In this document: positions 24,942-39,129 of the stretch, piece after piece
Numbering within the stretch: position 1 is the stretch's first letter
Layout of the letters: each line of letters begins with the position of its first letter
Assembly (NCBI GenBank): GCA_022813865.1
Contig: JALDZX010000025.1
Location: 124,001 to 188,000, forward strand
Direction: 5' to 3'
DNA from: Xylographa opegraphella
Taxonomy: Eukaryota
DNA: 64,000 nucleotides
The notes under the pieces: model-generated
Database searches by the model: none
The model's input: the letters and a program-made list of their open reading frames with translations, nothing else
Told to the model about the DNA's origin: nothing
Position numbers and translations under genes: made by a program

Positions 24942-25711
24942 GACAAAGCGTAAAAATATTGCTCAAACATTCTCCGAGATCAATTTAGGCTCCCGCAAGA
25001 TGTTACCAGCCACAAGGAATAGTTCCAATGGTAAGATGGGTTTTGCTCAGCAATGTCTCATTGAGGTTGTTATTGATGGCACCCACAGCGACTCGCCAAC
25101 AGGAGCTGTTTTTTGCTTCGATGCTGGCCAGTATCACTGGCCGGCACGACACGAAAGACACCAACCGCATAGATATTATATTCAGTGCGTCTCGCAACCA
25201 TCGAATACTTCATCAACTTGGAAAAGACAGGCTCATTTACGATATCAATCTCTGGGCTGATGAGCGGCCAGCCGATCGGCAAGTACTCGCATATTCAGAT
25301 CAACAAGAAATGCTTCTTTCTTGACCGGCAGGCTCTTCCAGCTATGAGACTACTCGAACAATGCACGCACTAATTAGCTGATCGTGAATTGGAAGTTACT
25401 GATGGAAGGGGGAGACGAGCCGACCAACTGCATTGCTTTGAAGGGAAGGAGTGAGCATACGGGAATAGTTGACGGCGAACGCTACAGTTTACCGGTAGCT
25501 TTTTACGTAGAGTGCTTACACTCAGACATCACGGTACAAGTCTATGCAATTGCAGTCAACCTGTCCTTTCATAAGTCACCTAAAACAGATCCAAACATAA
25601 GCCAGGTTCACTATACCCGGCCGACTAATCCAACGGGCGATCATTACGCTCCGCCTCGTGTAACGGTGAATCCCCCAACGCCCGATACCCAAAGGTCCAA
25701 ACCCCCCACCC

Positions 25712-26914
25712 TCACCTCCTCCCCTTCCCCACCCTCGACTCATACGCCGTCCACGCCGCCACACGATACCTCTCCGCCTCCCTCGCGCGATCCCTCGCGC
25801 CCAGAATCCCCCTCCCCACAATAACCACGTCGCATCCATCGCCCGCGACCACCTTGGCCGGCGTACGATATTGCTGGCCCAGCCCATCTCCCGTTCGCGC
25901 ACCCAACGCCGCCTTGCCCTCCTCCTCCTCCGCCACCGAGGGCAAACTGACCCCTGGCGTCATAGACACGAAGTTATCCCCGGCACCCTCGTTCAGCGCC
26001 CGCTGCGCGATGAAGCCGACCACGAAAGCCGGATGCGCGCGCGCGGCGTCCAGGCAGCGCTGCGCGTAGGCCGCCGTCATCAGGTTGCCCGCGCTGCTCA
26101 TCTCGGCCAGCAGCAGCAGGCCGCGGGCGAGCGGCGGCTCGCCCAGGGCGTCGAGCGCCTCAGCGCGGTCGCCGGCGTCGCCCTCGCCCGCAGAGACGGC
26201 GCGCGCCAGGGAGGCCGGGCTGCGGGCCGTGCCTTCGAAGGTTTGAGAAATGGTCGTGGTCGCGGTGACGACGCTGTTCTTGCGGCCGGAGCGGCCGAGC
26301 GGGCGCGTGCCGGTTTCGTTGCCGAAGTCGTAGTCGTCGTCCTCGTCCCCGTCCGGGGAAACGTGTGGCGTGCCGGCGCTGATCTCGGTGGAGACGTTGT
26401 GCACGAGGGATTGTAGGGCGGAGTCGGCGGCGGAGTGGAGGGCGGTGATGATGGCGGGGCCGGGGAAGATGTGCGCGTTGGTGAGGTGGGCCCAGGAGGC
26501 GATGCGTAGGGGGCCGCGGGTGTACTGGGCCTGCACGGTGCCTAAAGGNGGGGGGGGGGGGTTCGGTGTCAGCTACTAGGAGGTGGGAGATACTGGTGGG
26601 GGTGTTCACCACGCACTTCCAATGTCGCCGAACTTGCGGTCCTCGAAGATGAGGAACTTCTTCCGCCGCGAGATCTCGCGCAGGCCGGCGATGGTGCGGT
26701 CGCTGAAGTCGTCGACGACGTCGGCGTGCGTCTTGAGCACGCAGATGGCGTCGCCGACCTCTTCGGCCAGGCGCAGCAGGGCGCTAGTGGAGTTGACGTC
26801 GGCGGACACGCAGAGGTTCGAGCGCTTGATCGAGATGAGGCGGTAGAGGTATACGGTGAGCGGGTGGTTGTTGGGCAGGTCGGCGCGGGCGGAGAATTGC
26901 AGGCTGTGAGACAT
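25712..26914 (-). CDS. pyrG: Orotidine-5'-phosphate decarboxylase
   Basis: SNLCVSADV, LKTHAD, FEDRKFGDIG, LLLAEMSS, GLGQQY and IVGRGI; intron 26542-26616. Confidence 0.95.
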
Positions 26915-27937
26915 GTTGAGCGGTTGGGTAGATGCTATGCCAGAGTGAGGGCTGGCTGGCGCCCTTCTGCTGTCTTTGACGGTAACGGGGCTTTCTAAGT
27001 CATGTTCTATATGAGTTCGATGGGAACAAGGGCAACAACAATGCAGATGGAGAGGTCCACGAAAACGGTTATTGTGAAGCTGAAGCACAATTCCTGATGT
27101 CGAGCCAAGCCAATGAAAATTGATTGCACAATTCCGTGCGCACGAAGCAGGGGTCTTCCCGGGAGCGGTCGATCTAGTTGCCGTGCCCGAAGGGGCCCTA
27201 GCGCCGGCTACGTAAATGAAGGCGTTCCTTGGCAGTTCGCAGAAAAAAAGCCCGATCGGTCGATGGGTTATGAAGTCATCCCAAAGAGTTTCAACTACTA
27301 CGTCGCCACCTCCGTGAGACCGTTGCTCGCACCAGATTCCCCGGTCTGATATTCTGTATTTATCAATTGATACTTCTCGTGAATCTATGCGGCTATCAGC
27401 TGAAGGCCATTTTGCCCCATCTCGCTGTGACGATGTGAAGCAGTGATCATCTCCAGGGATGTTTTACTTGTTGGGCCAGGGAAGGACGAGAGAGGCTTGA
27501 GCCCAGTAAGCGAGCTCTCGATAGCTCGAACGTCATCGCAGCCTTTTCCAGCCACAACATCCTGGCCCCTATCTCCACACGGCAAGATGTGTGAGCGCAG
27601 CAACGCGACACTGGCCAAACTCGTGGCACTAAGATAGTCGGGACCACCGAGGGGAGGAGAGACCCATAAAATGGATCGTGCTGCTCTGCCGTCGGAATGA
27701 CGTTCTGCTGGGGACATTCCAGCCTTCTTAAGACCGCTTTTTCTTCACATGGGTTTCCCCGTCTTCATCTTTCCTACATCATCTTTCCTACATCATCTGT
27801 GGGCATTTTTGGGGAGTACCGTTTGTCACAGTTTTCTTTGTGCGTCGTGACCAAGAGCTTGCCTACATTGCCATAATATCTGGCAGCGACTTTTTGTGAC
27901 ACAAGTTTTTGGGAAGAATATCCGATCACAACCAAAA

Positions 27938-28893
27938 ATGCCTGGCTCTCAACGTCGCTCCGAAGGGCCCATCCTTCCAATGCACAATGGCAACGTCAGG
28001 CGATCCGGGGACTATCGAGATGGAAGTGCAAGACGACACCAAAGGAGAGCTGAGCCGGAAAAGGAGACCATGGGCCACAAGGCACGAGGACACTTTGTCG
28101 CCATGACGGGCGAGTTCGTTGGAACCTTCCTCTTCCTCTTCTTCGCCCTCGGCGGCACTCAGGTCGCCAACAATCTACCGCCGGCAAACACCACCGAGCC
28201 GATCCTCTACATTTCTCTCGTCTTCGGCTTCTCGCTCCTGGTCAATGTGTGGGTGTTCTACCGCATCAGTGGTGGTCTCTTCAACCCAGCTGTAAGCCGA
28301 CTTCCATACCCGCCCCTCCCTCACTTTGCTTTGCTAAACAATATGTACAGGTAACCCTCGGCATGTGCATCACCGGCTCCCTCCCCTGGTTCCGCGGCCT
28401 CTGCCTCCTACCCGCACAGATCCTCGCCGGCATCTGCGCCCCCGCCGTCGTCTCCGTTCTGCTCCCGGGGCCCCTCAGCGTCAACACGAACCTCTCCAAC
28501 GGCACCACCACGGCGCAAGGCCTCTTCCTCGAAATGTTCCTGACCTCCCTCCTCGTCATCACCGTGCTCATGCTCGCGGCCGAGAAGTCCAAAGCCACCT
28601 TCCTCGCCCCTGTCGGCATCGGCCTCGCCCTTTTCGTCGCAGAGCTCATGGGCGTCTTCTACACCGGCGGCAGCTTGAACCCTGTGCGCTCCTTCGGGCC
28701 ATGCGTCGTGAACCGCGACTTCCCGGGCTACCACTGGATCTACTGGTTGGGCCCTTGCATGGGCGCCTGTCTCGCGGCCGGGTACTACAAGTTCGCGAAG
28801 CTGATGAACTACGAGGAGGCGAACCCCGGCCAGGACGCCGTCGATGAAGGCGAGGCGGACATGCAGCAGCGGGAGAAATCGCGCTCCCGCTAA
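27938..28893 (+). CDS. Aquaporin (MIP family)
   Basis: GEFVGTFLF, ISGGLFNPAV, GGSLNPVRSFGP and HWIYWLGP; intron ~28292-28350. Confidence 0.92.
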
Positions 28894-31033
28894 GGGGCGT
28901 GGTAATGTATCTACTACGGGGCATTTGGAGAGGTCGATCTGTTCTTTTTGGATTTCTAGCACAGCGGGGGAGTACACATCGGCATGGTTGCCTAAAGCGT
29001 TTGGTGTGGGGGGCAAGCTTGTGTACATAGAAACGGTGTTTTGCAGTGTCGAAAATTCCAAAAGTCGCATATTGTCGTTGGTTGTGTCCGGGAGCTACGT
29101 GCTCTCAATCGCTGGAGGCGTGGAATGGGAGTTGTGTTCCGATGAAATGATTGCTGATGCATGAGCATTGTTCTCGTCTCTCCCGTTTTCATCCTTCGTT
29201 ATTTCTAGCTTACGATATCAATATCAACAAGCTAATGGCTTTTTCATACCGAACCATGGCCAACACACATGTGAGGACAGCATTACCTAAACCCTAAACG
29301 CCTTACCCGACAGACAATGCAAGACCACAACCTGCGCGTCATACGTCGGATACAACAGCCTTCAACGCTCACATCTGACTCCCAGCCACCGAAGATGAAC
29401 GAACCTCGAAGCGGCCTCTGCACTGCCGTCTGGAATAGGTATCTCATCTATAAATCCAGCGCTGTCCCTGTGGCTTCACTCGCCGGCATTTTTGACAAGT
29501 CTTCTCCCTGTTAATTTTAGCACCAGCAACATCTTCGGTATCCTCAGCTAGCTCATCATGCTCTCGTTCAAAGACAGTTCCAACCCTCAATCGCTTCCTT
29601 CATCGTGGAATTTTAACCTCGGACCCTGTTTTTCGTAAAGGCTTTGCATTTCTGGAAGCTCGGATGCAATACCAGATACTTTGACTAATGGATGTAAAAA
29701 GTGCTTGTTTGTTCTTGGCTAGGGCCGCTGGTATTGCATCTACGAATGAGAATTGCTGGCTTGTATTTAATTCCCATTTATTTGAGGTTACTATGTTGAG
29801 CGGTTTGACTTATGCTGCATAGTCCGTTGCACCCGGCAATGTACGTGCATTTGATATATTAGTGTTACATTTATGATTATTATACCTACTCGCCATTGAT
29901 TCGATTGGCCGGTTTCCACGTCCATAGCGTCAGGCTTGGAGTGTATAACTCGACATACTCGATCCAGTTTTCGGAGCGGGGTCTCGGTTTCGCTTCACGT
30001 ATTGAATTATGCTTGACTGTTCCTTCATTGTGCATTTTCACTGTGCATCCCTCGACGCCAGAAGTTTGTCAGTTATACGGTGTATCTCGAAACTGTCTCT
30101 GCTTGTGAAGCGGGTGTCTATACGTCTGTGCTTACTTCTGGAAGGGTCTATTGTAGAGATCGATTGGGGATGGGGGGCCTCGTTGCGGTACTGTATGTCG
30201 TGAATATAACCTGATGCCGTTTCCCATATCTTCCATTGACGTTCAGCATAACCGATATATCCAGCATCTCCAAGCACCCCCAGCACCTCCAGAAGACCTC
30301 CATTACTTCTAGCGCTATCAATGTGTCCAAGGACCAAAAGAAACTGTTATATAGTACTACAATCCAAAGCTCTAAACGTGCTTATTCAATCCGGGTGAGG
30401 TGCCCTAGCCATCGCATTCAAATATGAATCACTGTAACGAAGATCTCCTGTAAGTTGCAGTTAAGTTTCTATCAGCTAAGAAGCGCTATCTCTTCCATTC
30501 AGTGCCCTTGCGATGGAGCTTCGTGCAATGCACAAGAGTTTAGTCTTGTAAATTGTAGCACTGTTGGTGAAAGAAAGTACGGAGTATAATACGAGGACTT
30601 GGGGTGGTGTTGCACTGTTGTCAGCAGATTCAGTTGCCATTCCACTATCATCCATTTGTGCATCAAGAGTTTCAACTACAAAAGTATTGTTAGCAGTTCA
30701 GAAAATTCTTTATGATATTCGGAATCCGGAATAATAGAAATCCGATGATCGGTCTGTGAGTTCTGATTGGTGTATATAGAACTAGGGCTGAGGAAACGTC
30801 TCCGGTGCCTTACGGAGCTAAGCTCGGACCGTTAGCTAGTGCATGTCCGATCGCCACTTCATAATTGCTGACACATTAGGTATTTTCAGCGTGTGCGAAT
30901 CTCCCTCCCGCCATCAATTTCTCGACTCTCACGAAGCTCTCCTTTTGCATGTTCCTCTATTAATAACAGTGAAAGTATAACGTCAAAACTAGACCTTCTT
31001 TTTTCCTGTTCCTCCTCATCTCAATCCCTAAAC

Positions 31034-32325
31034 ATGCCTGGTCGCACCTTACCTACCATCCTCTCTTCAGATGTCGAGTCACGCAAGACCACAAAATCGT
31101 GTTACGTTACGCTCGGCACCAAAGTTTTCGACATAACACCATTTCTGGCAGACCATCCTGGCGGGGGAGATTTGATACTGCAGTATGGTGGCAAGGATGT
31201 CACAGAGATCATGGGAGACGAGATCTCGCACACACATTCCGAAGCGGCATATGAGATACTCGACGACCATCTCATTGGCTTCATGGCCACCGATCCTGTC
31301 ATGAAGACAGCTGTTAAGAGCGACCACCCAGACAACATCATACCTTTACCACCAAATCAGGAGGGAATGCAAGAACTGAAGGCCAATGGGGCTGCTAATG
31401 GAGTTGCTACAAAGAACGTTTATAGTACGACGGGAATGTCTTCGGCAGATGACCTGTCTATCGAGACAGATTTGAGCGCGGACTATCGGACTCATAAATT
31501 CCTCGATCTCAACCGACCATTGCTCATGCAGGTGTGGAATGGAGGGTTTAGTAAAGACTTCTACCTCGAGCAGGTACACAGGCCAAGACATTACAAAGGG
31601 GGAGCATCCGCACCATTGTTTGGCAATTTCCTGGAACCTTTGAGCAAGACTCCGTGGTGGGTCATACCAATTGTGTGGCTGCCACCAGTAGCATATGGTA
31701 CTTTTTTGTCGTTCATGAATATTCCAAGCACGGGCGCAATGGCTGCTTATTGGATTCTTGGTCTTGGGATCTGGACGCTGGTCGAATATTTCCTTCATCG
31801 CGGTCTTTTTCATATCGATGGGTGAGCAAGCTACTTTGCAAAACGTCCGGAACTGTACTGATCACTCCCAGATACTTACCTGACAACCGGGTTGGCATCA
31901 CACTGCATTTCCTACTTCACGGAATCCATCACTACCTGCCCATGGACAAACTTCGGCTTGTCATGCCACCCACAATGTTTGTCGCCTTGGCTACCCCGTT
32001 CTGGAAGCTCGCACATGCAGTTTTCTTCTACAACTGGTACGCCGCGACAGCAGTGTACTGTGGAGGAATCTTTGGCTACATCTGCTATGACTTAACCCAT
32101 TATTTCCTCCATCACCGAACGTCAGTCTTCTTTTTACTGTTGTCGAAACACCTTTCTCTGACTGTTTCTAGGCTTCCCTCATATTATCGCGAGCTCAAGA
32201 AGTATCATCTTCAACATCATTTTGCCGATTATGAGAATGGTTTCGGAGTGACAAGCCGATTTTGGGACAGGGTGTTCGGCACAGAACTTGCCATGCCTAC
32301 GCCGAAAGTTGTCAAAGCCACTTGA
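31034..32325 (+). CDS. SCS7: Sphingolipid fatty-acid alpha-hydroxylase with cytochrome b5 domain
   Basis: HPGG heme motif; His boxes LHRGLFH, HGIHH, HYFLHH and HLQHHF; two introns. Confidence 0.93.
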
Positions 32326-32910
32326 TGCGCTTCTTGACGTTCCTTATCTGATGCATGATGGACAGCGCTTACCCCTAATATTCTTTGGGTTCATAGATGG
32401 GATAATAGACGTTCGATAGCCATGAGAATGCTGCTGGTCAGAACAGGTTCGTTCGGCTTATAATTTTTAGTTGTACATAGTTGTATAATATATGTGTGTT
32501 TAATATTTTGTTTAGTCGAAGTCATCTGACCTTCGTGAGAGGTGCAAGTGCGTGGTTTTCATCCGCAGTGAACTACAAGGACCACGCCAGGTACATTCTA
32601 CACGTGATTCACTAACTTGATTAGGGACCTGTCGCTTGCCTGTAGAAACTTTCGACAAATCTTCGCCTCGCATAATAGTAGTCAACTTCACGTAACCATC
32701 ACTATTTGATGTAGATTTTTAACCAGGACCTACTTGGCACATTTGAAGACAGTTCCTGCAGATTGAGCAAGAATTAGGAAAGAAGGGTTCGCTCACACCA
32801 GCTTTCTACACCTGGTCGAAGCACGTTCTGACCACCCCCAAGTGAACCAATCCCCGCGTGTGACAGTTTTCTCCAGCATCCAAAAGGAAAAATTCTAGCA
32901 AGCAACAAAT

Positions 32911-34880
32911 ATGTCAGGACTTGACGTCGAAGCACTTCTAGATTCCACTGCTGTCGCAGCCTCCCACGATTCCAAAGACTCCAAAAGCAAAGATCAGTCC
33001 GACCGTCATCGAAGCGATCGCAATGACCGTCGAGACCGTGATCGCCATCGGGATGGCAGTCGAGACCGCGATAGAGACAGGAAGCGTCTGGATAGGAGCA
33101 AAGACAAACCTCGAAGGGATAGCCGAGACCGGGTCAAGAGGGAAAAAGATGCTGATGGAGACGAGGAATTGAGAAGCCCTGGTGGTGGGAGTGCCAATGG
33201 AACTCACCGAAGCAAACATAGAAGCCGAAGCCGTGATAGCGATCGACGCCACTCCAGACGTCATCGAGACTCTGTAGAAATAGATGATGCTCGACGCGGT
33301 TCGGGAGGAGACTACTACCGAGGTGGTGGGCGTGCTCGCTCCAGATCAAGATCACCTAATGATGATAGATACTACCGGCCCGGAGGCAGAGGTCGCCGAG
33401 ATGACGATGATAGGAACCGAGACCGTAGCCCACGTCGTGAACGCAATGGTGGTCGCAAGAGAACGCCGAGCCCCAAGAGAGTCAAGAGCAAATCTCCCAC
33501 ACCTCAACCTACGGAAGATGAGCGTGATAGACGCACCGTCTTCGTTCAGCAACTCGCGGCACGACTGAGAACGAAGGAATTGATCACTTTCTTCGAGAAG
33601 GTTGGTCCAGTTAAGGAGGCACAGATTGTGAAAGATCGAGTCAGTGGTCGGTCCAAAGGGTAAGTGTTCCATCTAATCAAGCCTCTGGTCAGGGTAGCAT
33701 TAACATGGTTCAGTGTGGGCTACGTCGAATTCAAGCAAGAAGAATCAGTTCAACCTGCGATCCAGCTTACTGGCCAGAAGCTTTTAGGAATCCCCATCAT
33801 CGCTCAGCTCACCGAGGCAGAAAAGAATCGCCAGGCTCGAAACCCAGAAGCCACGAACAGCAATCCAAACCAAATCCCATTTCACAGGCTCTACGTAGGA
33901 AATATCCATTTCAGTATCACTGAAAGTGATTTGCAGAACGTCTTTGAACCTTTTGGCGAGCTTGAGTTTGTCCAGCTACAGAAAGAAGAGCAAGGTCGAA
34001 GTAGAGGTTACGGCTTTGTGCAGTATGTGACGATTCACTTCGGCTACCACCACATGTGATTGGCTAACGTAGCTGTTTAGGTTTCGTGATCCTACTCAAG
34101 CTAGAGAAGCATTGGAGAAAATGAATGGGTTTGATCTAGCAGGCCGCCCTATCCGGGTTGGTCTTGGAAACGATAAGTTCACCCCCGAATCTACCGCCAA
34201 TCTTCTCCAACGGTTCCAAGGACAAGAATACCAACGCAACTATCAGGGCTCTGCATTCTCCGGTCAAGGCGGCCGTGGTTCCCAAGCCGGTGGTGCCGGT
34301 GGTGCCTTTGACCGCGCTGGAGGTCGAGACAACGAGAAGGGCGCCGGGGGTGCAAGTGCTCTCGACGATACCGATGTTGCTGGGGTAAACTTCAATAATT
34401 ATAGCAGGGATGCATTGATGAGAAAGCTTGCGCGCACAGATGAACCCACCCCAGATGCTGCCGCCGATGAGAAGCGCAAATTAATGAAGGCCAAGGCCGA
34501 GGCGAAACCGCTTCCTGTCGCGGTCAACCAAGCCAGTCGGTGTGTTCTGCTCCGGAATATGTTCAATCCCGCAGAGTAAGTGATCCTATGTTTTCTTCCA
34601 TAGGCTCGTCACTGACGTCTTCATCAGAGAAGAAGGAGAAGCGTGGATCAAAGAGCTCGAGGACGACGTGAAGGCTGAGTGCGAAGAAAAATATGGTCAC
34701 GTGGTTCACATTTCTCTAGATGCAAACACCCCGGGCGACATCTACCTCAAGTTCGACAAGGTGCAGGGCGGCGAGAACGCCATCAAGGGGCTCAACGGAC
34801 GGTTCTTCGGCGGTCGCCAGATCAGCGCTCAGCCGGTAGTCGACGCCGTGTACCGTAGTTTGTTCTCGAAGGCTATGTGA
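32911..34880 (+). CDS. pad-1: RNA splicing factor Pad-1/RBM39 (CAPER): RS domain plus three RRM/UHM domains
   Basis: RD/RS-rich N-terminus, [26 protein letters not shown] and [10 protein letters not shown]; three introns. Confidence 0.9.
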
Positions 34881-35727
34881 GTGATGTGCTAATCTAGGGG
34901 CATTGTCGTGGCGTGCGAAGAGTGCAAACGTAGGTATCTTGCTTTTCTGCTTGTTGTTATACGGTCGAGGTCTTTCGTATGGCTGTAACCCTGCTTGTGA
35001 TTCTCGGTATGTCACTGTTGAGCTCGTTACTGGGCCTAATCCGCTTTACTTCGTTGAGTGTATACTATTTGCATGCACTGAGAGTCTAGTGACTATTCCA
35101 GCAATGATGATGCTTTTGTGGAGTTCCCGGGGCCACAGGAGCTCTAGTGATATCGCTACGAGGCATCACTTGTGAGATCTGGATCGTCAATCACCAGCGC
35201 TGCGACTGTGATGGATCTGGTATCCTTCACTCCCAGATCACATGTTATCCTCTGCTCAGAGACAATCAACGACCATCCACGCCCATTATACCGACTGGTG
35301 CTATTTCTGCTCACTCGTGTGAAGCTTCCCTGTCCTTCCGCGTCCTCTCCTCCCTAGTACTGACCCGCACCCACGAAGATGGCCACACATGCCATGTTCC
35401 CACTTTCCTGTCCGACAAATGCTTATTCCCTCCGGGCCGATCCACAGAGCCGTCCCTTCTCCATCACCACCATCCATTTACAAGATCTTCCCCACCCTGG
35501 GGATTTTGATGGCTAATTTGAGATGGCCGCTTTGGACATACGTAGTCAAAATCCTCGAGCCCTGCCAACTTCGATTCCTGGTGTCTCGACGCTTCATCTA
35601 TGTAAAGTAGTTGTCGCACTCTCGACCCAACTCCTCCACCGTCCCTTTCCTCCAGACCGCCCTCGTTAAGGCTTTAGTATGTAACCAGAGCGTGCTTGCG
35701 TGTCCGGGCTATGATGGGCGACGGCCA

Positions 35728-35799
35728 TTTACTATCCATCTACACTTTACTATCCATCTACACTTTACTATCCATCTACACTTTACTATCCATCTACAC
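35728..35799. repeat. Minisatellite, 4 x 18 bp (TTTACTATCCATCTACAC)
   Basis: Four exact tandem copies read directly. Confidence 0.95.
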
Positions 35800-36468
35800 T
35801 GGACAGCAAAACCCACACAACGGCCACCTCCGTAGCCACACTCCAACCCACGTGCGCCCCCATCCACCCGCGCCCCGGTCCGCTCACGACCCCACGTCGA
35901 CCGTATACAAGCCGAACGGGTCCACAGTGTTTTCACCACCACCACCACCACAACACCAACATCTCCCATCATGACGAGCAGCTACCTTACCTTAATCTAA
36001 TCTCCCCATCACCGTTCACGGCTACGACACGGAGACCAAAGCCCAAAACAGGCTAGCCCACTTAGCGCGGCATGGAACCGTGTTCTCGAACGCGGCGCTC
36101 ATTGGCGGAAGCGGACCGCTGACGATGCTTGGCATGCAGATGCGCGGCCTGCAGGAAACCCTGGACGCCCAAGCTCCGCGACGACGACGACGCAGCTTCC
36201 TTCCTTCTCCGGAAGGTAGGTAGGTAGGGTCGTTGCCCCGTACGCTGTTTCCCTCCGTGCTGGGTTGCACGTGGAGCTGTGGATTGGGTAGATAGCATAC
36301 GGGGGTAAGTAGCACGAATGGGACGTCTCGAAGCATGCTGGCTCCGAAGGGGGGCCGGTATATAAGAAGGCACTGCCTACGCTGCGCGCGGGCTTTCTCG
36401 AACCACTCCGCCCGCTTCAGAGGCACGTTGACGATCCGCCCGTGCACTATCTCGCTGCTGCTGCGAGC

Positions 36469-38691
36469 ATGTTCTTCGCTATACTCGCCACCGCCCTCGC
36501 GGCGACCCCGGCGCTGGCGTGCGAGGGCTGCTACGGACCTCGCGACGAAGCCGCGCACGTCCGCAACGTGCGCCGTATGCAGCCCGGAGCGCTGAACGCG
36601 ACGACAGGCCCACGGGCGCCGCTCGAATGGGGCCAGCTCAACATCATCCACACGACCGACACGCACGGCTGGCTGGAGGGCCACCTCAAGGAGCAGAACT
36701 ACGGCGCCGACTGGGGCGACTTCTCCTCGTTCGTGACGCATATGCAGCACATGGCGGGCAACCTGGCCGTGGACCTGCTGGTCGTGGGTACGGTCTCCCC
36801 TCCCTCCACCCCGTGCTTTTGCTGTCACCGCAAGGGGTTATGATTCAGCTTGTTGACAGTGAGGCCGCCGATGTATAGATACCGGGGACCTGCACGACGG
36901 CAACGGCGACAGCGACGCCGAGTACCCCGACGGGTCGCTGTCGAACCCCATCTTCGAGAACGTGGCCTACGACGCGCTGACGATCGGCAACCACGAGCTG
37001 TACCTGGCCAGCGTGGCCGAGCTGACCTACGCCCAGTTCAGCCATTATTACGGCGAGCGCTACCTCACGAGCAATGTGCAGATCTTCAACAACGCAACGG
37101 GGCAGTTCGAGTATATCGGCCGGCAGTACCGCTACTTCACCACCGCCCACGGCTTGCGCATCATGGCCTTCGGCGTCCTGTACGACTTCACCGGCAACAC
37201 GAACGTCACCCAGGTCATCAAGGCCAAGAACCTCGTGCAGGAGCCCTGGTTCCTGAGCGCCATCAGCTATCCCCAGCCCATCGACCTCTTCCTCGTGCTC
37301 GGCCACAACCCCGCCCGCCCGACCGCCGGCGGCAGCACCTTTGGCACCATCTTCAACGCCATCCGCGCCAAGAACCCCAGCACGCCCATCCAGTTCTTCG
37401 GCGGGCACACCCACATCCGCGACTTCGCCGTCCTCGACGAAGGCTCCACCAGCCTCGAGTCGGGACGCTACTGCGAGACCCTCGGCTGGTTCTCCATGAG
37501 CGGCATCAACTCCAGCACCTACACCGGCGTCGCCCAGCCCCGTGGCGTCCCGAACCCGACCCAACCCGCCATCAAGGTCTCCAAAACCACCGCTTCAGCC
37601 GGCGTGCCCAGTCCCACAGGCGCGTTCGCGAAGCTCGTCTACTCGCGCCGCTACATCGACTGGAACCGCCTCTCGTTCGCCTACCACGCCGTCGGCTCCC
37701 AGTCCAACACCTTCGACCTGCACAGCGGGCTGCGCGTCTCGAGCGACATCACCACGCTGCGGAAGCAGCTCAACCTGACCACCCTGTACGGCTGCGCGCC
37801 CCAGTCCTACTGCCAGACGTGCGCCCCCTTCGGCTCGGCGGCGAACATCTTCCCGCTCGTGGAGACGGCCCTCGGCCTCACGGTCGTGAACGCCAGCCGC
37901 GCCAGCGTCCCGCGCCTCATCATCGTGAACACGGGCAGCGTCCGCTTCGACCTGATCGAGGGCCCCTTCACCTACGACGACTCCTTCATCGTCTCCCCCT
38001 TCACCGACGGCTTCCAGTACATCCCCAACGTGCCCTACCACCAAGCCAGCCAGGTCGTCGCGGCGCTGAACGGCAACGGCGGCGATGCGAAGCGGCGGCG
38101 CGAGCTGCAGACGCGCGACTTCGCCTTCTCGCCTCTGAGCGGCCAGGACTGCATCGACGACGTGTACGGCGCTATGGATGGGAAGCCGGGGCTGGCGAGG
38201 CGGTCCGCGCCCCTGACGAGGGGGAAGCATCGTCGGCAGACGACCAATCTGACACCTGGGTATACGACTTCCGGTTCGTCCCCCCTCTCCTCTCCTCTCC
38301 TCTCCCTCTTTCACCCACCCACTCCTTTCCACTACCCCACAACTAACCTCCTCCTCCCCTTCCCACAGACGACTTCGGCACCACCGGCGACGACACCGTC
38401 CACACCGCCATCCCCTACTTCTCCCAGCCGGACTACATCCAAGCCAACGCCTCCTTCCCCCCCGGCGGCGACCTGCCCGCCACCGTCGACCTCGTCTTCC
38501 TCGACTTCTTCGCCGACTCCGTCGTCCCCATCCTTAAGAACCTCGGCGCTAGCTACACCCTCGCCGACGTGGCCTACTATCTCGACCCGGCGTCCTTCAC
38601 CACCCAGACCTACCTGCCGCTGTACGCGCAGATGGCATGGCAGGCCAATGTGCCGAACTGTCCGATCGGGAATGGCTTTTCGACGCGGTAG
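36469..38691 (+). CDS. Secreted calcineurin-like metallophosphoesterase / 5'-nucleotidase family (YHR202W-like)
   Basis: Signal peptide [40 protein letters not shown] and GGHTHIR; introns 36788-36878 and 38274-38368. Confidence 0.88.
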
Positions 38692-39129
38692 GAGAGGCGG
38701 GGGGTGGGGGGGTGGGGGGGGGGGAAAGGGGGATGTAAATAGGTTTCACGGGTCAAATTTTAGAATCAATAACATGTACATTGCGACCTGATATATATGT
38801 GCGAATGTATGTCCACTGCGCAGTTTGTGATCTAGGTATCAAGCCCCCCCCGCAGAGCCCTGAAGCGAATGCCTCCCATCTGCGACGACGCTTCTGCACG
38901 GACAAGTGCGCAGTCGCGGCCGGTAGGTACAGTGGTAAACCACACGCTTTGGCATGGAATGGCAGGGTCCTCCAATAAACTACCCCGTAGATAATCCCAA
39001 GCCGAGGGATGCGGCAAAAACACGCGTCACCCCAGTGGTTGTTCAGCCTACCCATCGACCATGTGGGACGCAGGAAGTCCTCGAGATCCACGACACGAAG
39101 GCATGAGTCATGAAAATAATGACACCCCC

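Noticed and set aside
25000..25450. Overlapping short ORFs downstream of POA1
   Set aside because: No family similarity recognised
26545..26563. Poly-G tract with an N
   Set aside because: Lies inside the pyrG intron; a low-quality homopolymer, not a coding disruption
29283..29300. CCTAAACCCTAAA telomere-like motif
   Set aside because: Only about two units; compatible with chance
35728..35799. Direct repeats considered as a CRISPR array
   Set aside because: No spacers, eukaryotic context and no cas genes; a simple minisatellite
36850..38346. Long alternative-frame and antisense ORFs over GC-rich genes (also over RRP43, pyrG and the aquaporin)
   Set aside because: Shadow ORFs caused by high GC3 and scarcity of stop codons
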